From: Lingula anatina
Taxonomy: Eukaryota; Animalia; Brachiopoda
Direction: 5' to 3'
Length of the DNA stretch: 64,000 nucleotides
Assembly: GCA_051362555.1 (NCBI GenBank)
Contig: CM120640.1
Coordinates: forward strand, 32,569,967 to 32,633,966
In this document: positions 26,801-35,800 of the stretch, one piece after another
Numbering within the stretch: position 1 is the first letter of the stretch
Layout of the letters: every line of letters begins with the position of its first letter
Made by a program: the position numbers and the translations under genes
Notes under the pieces: model-generated
Databases searched by the model: none
Told to the model about the DNA's origin: nothing
What the model saw: the letters and a program-made list of their open reading frames with translations, nothing else

Positions 26801-28510
26801 GGGATCACAAGACCACACCCATAGTACCTGACAACAGTAGAAAAAATAGAGTGCCCATCGTGTGTCTTAAAAATCTATACATTGTAAAAGAAAATGGAAC
26901 ATCAATGAAACCTAAGAGAAAAATGAAGACTTACACAGGTGCTCATCAGATAAGCAACAACTTTTTCAAAACCTTCTAGTATCTAGCATTTGGAATGTTT
27001 GTGGGAATGTGCAATTTTTATTTAACATACTAGATATTTTACTAAAATTTGATCTTTATACCGAGGGATTCAATAGTAAGAATGATTCTTTTATATAGTG
27101 GTACCAAAATGTGCAAAATCATGAGGCTTAAAGTATGCTCACACAGCAAAAGGTACCTTGATAACAGCTTGTTATCGAAAAATTAAGTCAAACCATCTCT
27201 AAATTGATTCCAATTCCAATTCCAAAGATGGATCCAGATTATAAGTAGTTAACCATTAATGAGAAGACCAATAGCAGGGGTACTTTCACTGTCTTTAGAC
27301 TACAACTTTCTTGAAAAGATTTAACAAAAGTACCCATGAAACCTTCCAGTACGTGTGCTTTATATGGTGAGCCCAGTCTGGTTTTCATAAGTAGCACCCC
27401 CTCTGCATAGTTTTCTCAGTCGGATAGTGAATAGTGATTGCATGTTTCGACTTTATTGCCACAAAGTTAAAACATACAGCTACTGAACAAATTTTGATTT
27501 GCTCAAATACCTGATTTTCATGGAAAATTGAAAAATAACGTGTTGTTAAAATGTTTAAGCATCAGTATATAATTTGAAAGATATAACTTATAAATCTTTC
27601 AGTTTCTTATGAAAGGATTATTGATTATTATTTTACCAATTTAATCATTTATTTTTCACTTAATTGTTACCATTTATCATTTCATCCTATGATAATGATT
27701 TGTATAGTAAAGTCTACTGAAGATTCCATGGTCTTGAGACCCTTAAGAAAAATGTCATCATCATTATTATTATTATTATTACATTGTATTATCAAAAGCG
27801 TAATACAAATTATTCGTCCAAGCTTTAAAGGGTGGTGCTACATTCCTGACACGCATCCACTTTGCACTGGGGAATGTCTCTCTTGCGTCATTATATTTTA
27901 TCAAATTGTAATTAAATCTTTAAAATTCTTGAAATTGTCCTGTTTTCACATTTGTAGCACAAAAGGCACATGAGTCTGTTTTTAATGTTCTACATTAGTT
28001 GACAACATTTTCACCAGACTGGCGTAATGTTGCAATTTTGGTAAATAGCCGAGAACTTTGGTTCCCAAACTTCTTTATGATCAGTATGGTGTCTCATTTA
28101 TTTGGGAATTTGACATGAATGTCCATTCACACAGAATACGTTAATTTTGACAGTTTGTACAACACCCTGCTTGAAATCCGAAGTCGAGAAAATGTATGGG
28201 GTTTGGGGTTTCACTAAAAGAAAATAAATTTACTATAATTCGAAATTTGGGTCCGTTTCTGTGGAAGAGTAATAAGAGGCTTGTAAAATTGGTAATAACC
28301 TGTCTTTACCGTTATATTATTTTAGACGACTCACTTTGAAACCACCTCCTTGTGAATAAGATCGATGGCGTCCTGGGCATATTTTGGAGGTCGGCTGCCA
28401 GAGCTGCAAGCGCCAGTCTTGAGATCTTCTGATTTGGTTAACTGTTTCCCATAGAATTCCTTAACACCATCTATGATCGCTTTGCTATCGGTAGGTTTGG
28501 AGAAGGACAT
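12885..28510 (-). CDS. AS3MT: AS3MT paralog B, cysteine-depleted, with Gly at the catalytic Cys206-equivalent (363 aa, 9 coding exons)
   Basis: Exons (minus) 28510-28335, 26827-26677, 26500-26364, 26157-26088, 25769-25688, 25021-24890, 24678-24539, 13757-13641 and 12971-12885. Exon lengths and phases match copy A for exons 1-8; all introns are GT-AG; there are no internal stops. Sequence runs MSFSKPTDS...KTGAC, YYGCG, LDLGSGSGRD, SNCVVNL, LWGEGLGGALWW ...GGCPSAEAD*. Confidence 0.92.
14645..14917. mobile_element. Tc1/mariner-like MITE
   Basis: TIR CACACAATGGACAATAGAAGTGTCAC / GTGACACTTCTATTGTCCATTGTGTG, flanked by TA. Contains (AAAAT)n. Confidence 0.7.
15531..15865. mobile_element. Kolobok-like MITE (TTAA target)
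   Basis: TTAA|AGGGATAATAACTCTTCGT...ACGAAGAGTTATTATCCCT|TTAA. Confidence 0.7.
15968..16787. mobile_element. Non-autonomous TIR element
   Basis: CAGGGGCGTAAC...GTTACGCCCATG with 5-bp TSD GACTC. The subterminal motif AAATTGTACGCACAG appears at both ends. Confidence 0.7.
18781..20232 (-). mobile_element. 5'-truncated non-LTR retrotransposon (CR1/L2-group LINE) with intact RT C-terminal ORF
   Basis: ORF 20307-19069 carries the RT motifs QFG, LDFRKAFD, GVPQGTKLGP, YVDD and the C-terminal HRLNHLLP/RTKRYRNTFIP. The 3' UTR ends in AATAAA, poly(A) and (TTAC)n at ~18781-18830. Inserted inside a satellite unit (GATGAAAAAA | GTGAAAAAACAGCATAA). Confidence 0.9.
19069..20232 (-). CDS. Reverse transcriptase domain of the LINE (N-terminally truncated, no endonuclease)
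   Basis: RT motifs as above. The first ~25 residues of the called ORF derive from the flanking repeat. Confidence 0.75.
   Translation of the reverse strand, partial: TWLWEILGPHIKKDQFGNVKGSSTTMALIELFDTWAKASDTHGAQSRVLLLDFRKAFDLIDHNILLGKLCSYGVPPVLIRWVHAFLLNRQQRIKCGPVMSQWCHIHGGVPQGTKLGPLLFITMINDMECFLPAVKYVDDTTVYETVHQPSPREIEQGAKPTQSKLPIAASNLYEWTKQNNMLINPKKTVELFICFSKNPTVPDNLIIDGIKIEQVSHAKLLGVHISSNLKWDLHIEKILSKAASRLYFLCMVKHAGVPRHDLLQIYKSNLRPTLEYACQLWHAGITAQQSKALENIQKRALHIIYPELTYNEAMDITELPTLKSRRTDLCKKLFNEIKLCTHRLNHLLPNTRVIEKDLRNVYRYVLPKCRTKRYRNTFIPYCLYTCQ
20762..21023. repeat. Perfect 59-bp inverted repeat enclosing a (TA)n microsatellite
   Basis: 20762-20820 is the exact reverse complement of 20965-21023. 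(TA)n lies at ~20824-20888. Confidence 0.85.
22260..23935. repeat. ~160-bp tandem satellite arrays (about 4 + 4 units)
   Basis: Unit GTGAAAAAACAGCATAACTTCCCTAAAAATGACCCGATCATGCTGATTTTCAAACTTGACCTGCG...GCATATATGCTGAAAAAA. Units start at ~22280, 22440, 22600, 22761 and again in 23315-23935. More units lie at ~18470-18780. Confidence 0.9.
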
Positions 28511-31311
28511 CCTGAAGAGGATATGTTGTAAATTTGCGATAGGAGTTTGTCAAAAAGCCCCCACCCCACCCCACTAAGTCCTATGTGCTTTTGATTACAA
28601 ATGATCACGAGACAGCTGTTTACAGTTTTAATAAGTGATTTTATCCGATGTACCACATTTAACATGACTTGGGGTATTCAAAAAAGTGAAATAAAATAGC
28701 CATAAAATTTTATAGACACCACCGAATGTCATGCAAGCGGTGACTTCAGAGGTGGCTACAGGCGTCATCAATACAACGCACTTGCCTCCATTTTTCGTCT
28801 GGTAATTGATTTGTTTCAAACACGCAATGCTTTGAGAATGGAACAAGGGCCCTGATACTAACCCTATTGAGCACCTGAAAGGTGATTTGGAGTGCGCGAT
28901 GCAGAAAAGAATCAACCCCCTAACGATCTGGAACAAATCAAGCCCCACTCGAAGAATGGGACAATACCCTATACAAAACATGCCTGAATCCCTTGTTGGA
29001 GGCAAGCCGCGTCGCGCACAAGTGAGGTAGTAGGCCAAAGACACAAATGTCAATAGACAGATGACTATTAAAGACCGCATTCTGATGACGTTCGGTGGAA
29101 TTATTAATATTTGAATGATTGGTATGAGATATGGCTATCTTCACCGGTATTTTGGATTTTCTCTACCTTAAGTCATGTTAAATACGGAAAATGATGTTTA
29201 AAAGACACAATTCAGAACGGTTTACCGATTTGTTAAAATTTAGTAAAGCCAAGTTAAGTTGACTTTTCTAACATAAAAGAATACAATTCTACCATGGCCT
29301 AAAGGAGCCTATGCGTGCGTCTTTTAGACGCCCCTTTACATGCGAAAACGACAAGGCCTATGCCGCATTCGTCTTTTATTACAGAGCTTTGAGAGCCGAA
29401 AATGACATGGCTGTGTCTGTTTCGCCACTTACTGAACTTCATAGATGCGAGATTGACACGACTCATGTCGCGTTCGTCTCTTACTGTGGATTTTTGAGCT
29501 TCAAATGGCTATGTTATAAAACTCGAAATTCACATAATCATGTCTTGTTCGTCATTCACTTAGACCCATAGGTGCGAAATTGACCAGGTCCGCGCCGCAT
29601 TAGTCTTATACTATGGGCCATGGTACAATTCTTTTTCAAATAATTACAGAAAATAGCATAGCCTTGTTCAACAATGGGAGCCATGGGAGTGGCAGCTTGA
29701 CTACTTGGAGTACTAACATTTCGTTGACTGTCAAACAAGCGGTTAATAATAGTTTAAGACCATGGCTAACAAAAAAAATCACAATGTACAATCAACTTTT
29801 GCACAATTGTTAGACTCAGCCGCCTGACTACTGGGGGCGGGATGGCTTCTTTCTACAAGGGGTACACGACTGTTATGTTCCGTTCTCACTAGCTTGAATC
29901 GGTTTACAGCTTTGATGTGATCATTTGTAAACAAAAGCACATGGAATTATAGGTGTGACAATCTTTTCGCTCAAAAATGTATAAGTAATGAATCAAATTG
30001 TGTCATCTTTTTAAAACTACATTCCATCTTTTGGTAGCATTCATAAAGATGTGTTTGTTATAAGCCAGGCTAAATTTGACAGTCAGTCATCATCGTTTTG
30101 CCCAAAGCCTATTTTAAAAACAAGTGGCATCGATATGAAAATTTTAATTCATCTTCTAGCCATCCTGTTTTGAGTGTTTGAGTAAAAACAAAAGACTGAT
30201 GACTTGCTTTGCTGTCTGACTAACGCAACTGCAATATTTCGTTTGTGCAATATTCCCGTCTTCTTGCATTATCAGGGAGTTTTCACAAATGAGTCAGGGC
30301 ACAAAATATACATTATGTAGAAATTAACTTTCTTTTGAACTGTTCTTTATATTACAAATTTTGATTGGAAAGGCCATTATTTCATTACATGTAGCAACAC
30401 TGGATTCTTAGATATCAAAGTTTACCTTGTGAATGTATTAGCTTCTATTTGTTACCAAAATATATCTTCCTCTACTGCAGGTGTGGTCTGAAATGGTGCG
30501 TCACTGTCAGTGAAACTTAAGATGGCGGTTGTGAAATCTTATGTCACCTTCGTCTTGGTGAAACCCTTCTGTGGTTTTATAATGGTTTTGGTCATAACTT
30601 TACATTTAAATCACGCCGATGCTTATACATGTAGGTAGAACAACACCTTGGATTTGTACCCTTGGATTTTCACATTCTTGCCAAAAAGATCACGTTTCAC
30701 AACAGAATAACAAGCATTATTTATGTCTCCTCATTAACCCAAGCGAAGGTATAAGTAAATGACAAACACAAATATGGTGTTCGAAATTTGGCCGGGAACG
30801 GCCGCTTTTATTGAAAGGTCCCTCTCTAGTAAAAAGAATAGTGTTAATTATTATATAGCATTAGATAATGTTGAATTATTCAAAATTACGTAATGTTATA
30901 GCCCTTTTACCCACAGGATAACTGTCCAGAGGACAACAATTTTATCCAATGAAGGGACCAGTGTTGATGAAACTGGGTCCAGATGATTATTACATATATA
31001 TTGTAATCTCATCAAGGATTTAAGAAGTATTGCTCGTTGATATTAAATGGACAACTGTTAAAAATTTCCATAAATTCTATATAAATTGAGGGACCTATAT
31101 AACGCACACGCACACTGTATTCCGTCATTAATTAATGGTTTCCTCGTTTAAAACGAGATGAACTTTGCAAAAAGCTTTGGTAAAATTGTGTTAGTGCAGA
31201 TTGTGTGACAGTGTTGTTGGTGCTGTGCTGGTGGTTGTCAACAGTCTCTTAGCCATTGCGAGAAATTCTTTTTACCTTCAGAGGACCCGACTCCAGTTCT
31301 TCTTTAGTCAA

Positions 31312-31581
31312 CAGAGGCGGATCCAGGAGTATTTGACGGGATTATTTGAAGGGGGCGCAGATGCGAAGCCGACACCCCCCCCCCCCCCCCCCTTCAGGTG
31401 GGGTTCAGGTCCCGAAAATTTTTGGTATTTTAGAGGTCGAACGGTGCCATTTTTTACGTTTTAGAACTATGATTCAGCTAGTCAAAATTGTAATTTTAAG
31501 AGGGTACCGTTGGTGTGATTTTTTTTTCAAACGTCGAAAGGGGGGCGGGCGGATCCCCGACATGCCCTAAATCCGCCACTG
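31312..31581. mobile_element. CAG(G/A)GGCGGATCC-type MITE
   Basis: CAGAGGCGGATCCAGG...AAATCCGCCACTG; flanks gtcaa/ttcaa. Confidence 0.65.
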
Positions 31582-32802
31582 TTCAATACTTCTTTCATGA
31601 CAAAACATAACATTTTAATTAGCCAGTAAAATGTCTTGATGATTAACAAATCATTGTCCCTTAATCTCATAACTTTAAACCATATGCATTATAAAAAGAT
31701 CTGACCAACGGATACATTTTAATTAGTTTTAAATGTGGAGATCCTGATATATCACTGTTCTACATGTATCTCCCACCAGCAAATTTGACCTTGACAATCA
31801 TTTTTACCCTTGGTCAATTAAATAGGTTCGAACAGTGGTCTTGTGTATGCGATTCTCAACAGAATGTAGAAAAATATTCAAATTTCATTTCTGTGAAATT
31901 AAAGGAATTCTGTATTTTGAGTGGTTCTGGTCCTTTTTTCAAGATTCACTTTGACATATACTATGTATCTGACCTTTGACTCTGAGGACTTCCAAACTAT
32001 TGTCGAATCATAGAACCCATGCCATCCAAGTGTTTGAAATGAGCAACACCTCTGGTTACTTCAGTCATTGGGTTTAGTTTTTCAATATTTTTCACATTTA
32101 TCACATGGAACAAAACAGGACTTCAAGGAAAACTGAACCGCTTTGATGTATTCGGACCTGCGCCAATTTAAACTTCCTTTCATAATACTATTATTCTAAG
32201 ACATTTTTCATATTGTGAATATAAAATTTTATTCTTTATAATAGCATTTACATGTATATTTATATTTGCATATGGAATGCAGATTATATAAAGCACGATC
32301 ACCTGTACTAGATATTTTGTCCCCATATTGCCACACTGGCCCTGAAGTTACATCAACATTTTGTAGATTCTTGCAGCATTCATTAAAATCTTTTATTTAA
32401 TAATGATATGTTTGATAATAATATATTTTAATATAAATGACAAAACAGTTATGTGTATAATTTACATACAATTGCCATTAAGTTGAGACAGCCTTGTATT
32501 TTTATTATAAGATCAACAAATAACTATATCAAATTCTACATAATCAACTGGTTACAAAATATTTTTGCCTTGGATATTAAATAAATAATTTCAAATGTTA
32601 ATAAAGATATATAAGTTAAATGTCTTCTTGTGAAATCTTCTCTCACAAAAGAAGAAAAAACACCTTTAATATATTTCTTTTAAGAGTATTTTTTCCAAAG
32701 CAAAAAATGTGAATATAAATTCTGGGGTGTAGGAAGAAAAGGCACCTTTTACATCACCAACAACTGGCTTTTAGTTGAACATACAAAACCAATGGAACAG
32801 AC

Positions 32803-35800
32803 TTATTCTGTGTTCTTTTTTAAGTCAAGTTTCCTCAGTATAAGCAGAGGAGCCACCAGTAACACACCACCTATAGAGTAGCAGGCTGTGGACCCTAAAC
32901 TCCAGTAAACTATATCAAATAGAAAGAAAAACATAAACTTGGACAGGGCTGTAGTGCTATCAGATGAGCTTTTTTTATTCCCTAAATTAAATCAAGACTG
33001 AAGATGTGCAAGATTTTCCCTAATTAAAATTTATTAATTAAAAATGAACAGTAGCAAAATTAACAACATGTTGTTTAAATTACTGAATGTGCTCAACTTT
33101 GTGTTTCTACTTTACAAAAAAAGTTTTAAAAAAGACCCTGAATTAAAATGAACATAAAACAAATAACAGCAAAGGTGAATTACCCAGTTTTTAATTTACC
33201 CAATATAAGACCTTACCAATAGATGCAGCCATTGGTCCCAGTGCTCTGGCCAGCGCCCCTAGAGATCTAAATATCCCCATCACAGTCCCCTTCTGGTCAT
33301 CTTGACCATAGGAAGACATCAGAGTGGTCAAGCAAGGCACAACTGTGGCAGAGGCTGCAATTTATATAGCATGATTTAATACAGTGAGCTATAATTAAAC
33401 AGCAATTAGTAATAAGAGAATGACAAACAACAAAGTACAGGAGAAAAATAATTCTCTGAAGTGGAAAACTTTCATTAGATCTTATACTTGCACATCAGAT
33501 ATTGATACCATAGACACCTAGAAAAACAGCACATAATACATTGAAGTACATTTCAGTTCTGGGTGACTAATTAACCACTGGGATGTTGTAAGGTATAAAA
33601 TCTAGCATATCTGTTTCAAAATTGACACTGGCACACCAATTCTGGTTACCCATGACCAAAAGATATGTTCCACGGAAACTTACCAAAGGAGAAAAGTGCC
33701 AGTCCACAGTACATCACAGTGGTAGTGGAGGCTAGACCAATCACAAGGAATGATGGAATGACTAGGCCAATGCCCTAATGGAAAATATATATGTATGCAT
33801 TATGGTGGTTTAAATTATTCAATATACTATGTTATAACATCAAAATTTACTGGGTAGGCATATTCTCCATTACAGATACATAATCTTAAGCCACATTTGT
33901 GTGCACATTTGGTCACAACTGTAACATTTTTCTGCAATGTTCCTTTAAAAGTACATTGCACATATGCCAAAATATACAGTACATATACAACTAACAGACC
34001 ACTCAGTGAAGAGATAAACTTACTATAAGAATATACAGTACATATACAACTAACAGACCACTCAGTGAAGAGATAATCTTACCATAAGAGCAACTTTCTT
34101 TTCTTTGCCTGGCTTTATCCTTCTTACATAACCTCCTGGAAAATGCAATTCTGATTTGTGCCTAATTTATATCAACTTTGCTAAACTCCCATCTAACAGA
34201 ATAATTCAGCTTACAGAAAATGTACAATTTTAGTTTTACTAAAACATTTGAGTAAAGACTGTAGTTGAAATATTTGGTGTGATGGATTATTTGTCAAACA
34301 GCCAACTCTAAGGCTCTGTTCTCACAACTTTTAGATCGATCTATCACCGCGGGGAGTCTCACTAGATTACTGTCAGATAATCCGCCTTAAGTGTCCGTCC
34401 CCGCCTACTACAAGCTTTAAGGGGTAATTGACTTTCGTGTCCACCCGGCTGACAGCTATTTAGCGTGAACCCCCAGGGAGTTAGGTCGATCCAATGTAGG
34501 TCGATCTAATCTATGAGAATGGGGTGTAATTCATAGGACCCACCTTGCACTATGGACATAATAATTCCTATAAAGAAAAACATCTTCCCTTGTTTCATAC
34601 TGAAAATATGAACAAAAATGTTACAGGTAGATTTTAAATAATTTATCATTTTTTTCAATATGTACCTTCATGATAGTATACATAATAGTACAGCAAACAG
34701 TGTGTTTCATAAAATATTAAATTCCTCACAAATATCAAGACTTATTACACAGATATAATAAATTTGACAAAAATTCAAACCCTTAAATTTTAAAGCTCAA
34801 TCAGCAATGCCAATTATCAGCTACAGAATGTCAATTACAAAACCACTAAAAAAAATTAAATGTAGATTTCTTCAAGAGTTTTGTTGTTCCAAATGAAAAG
34901 CAAAACACTAACCTATCATATTGGAATCGATTGTGAGTTAGAAATGTGAGGGTAAACTCCAGACCCGAGTACAGGAAGAGATATAAAAAATAAACAAGCC
35001 CAATCCTTTGCATTTGATCCAGATCTGAAGAGGAAAAAGACCCACTGCAAAACTGAAAAATACCACTTTTTTATAGAAGTGTAAAGATGCTGAAGAATTC
35101 CTTTGGAAATACTGGTATCACCACAAAGAAAGGTCCCTTTTAAAATACCAAATAAATCCTCAGGAAAATTTGCTTTAAAAATATTTAAATAAGGCCACAT
35201 ATATTTAGTCATAAAATAAATATTTGTTTCTAATACTTAAGTGTTCTCCCATAAAATATGTCTTCAACTGCCACAAAACAAATGAGAAATACTGATCACA
35301 TTTCCCTGAGAAGACACCTATCAAGCCTTATTAACTGTTCATTCAGACTGTAACCCCTATTGGTTCACTAAACCAACAATCAATTCATTGTATCCTTTTT
35401 ATTTATTTATTTTATTTTATTTATTTTATTATTATTTATTTATTTATTTTTTTTTTTTTTTGTGGTGAGCTGGATTCTACAGAGACAACTCAGACATCAC
35501 AATCCCTGGTGAATTATGTGCTTAAGACATTAAAGGCATATAATGCAATATTGTATATTTTCTATATTTATATGGCAAAAATGTAATTTCTCTGAAATTT
35601 TCAACAATTTTTCTTTTATCACCATGGTATTTTCTATTGAAAAACAAATGAAAGTCATGATCTATTAACAAGTGAAATTCACCAGTCTCTATCTCCATTA
35701 TGGGAGTGACTAAAAAAATAGACACAAACTCAAAAAGTGGGTTAACAGATAACAATTCACAATGGTTTGCCTTGGTGATGAAAAAAAAAGTGACGTTTCC

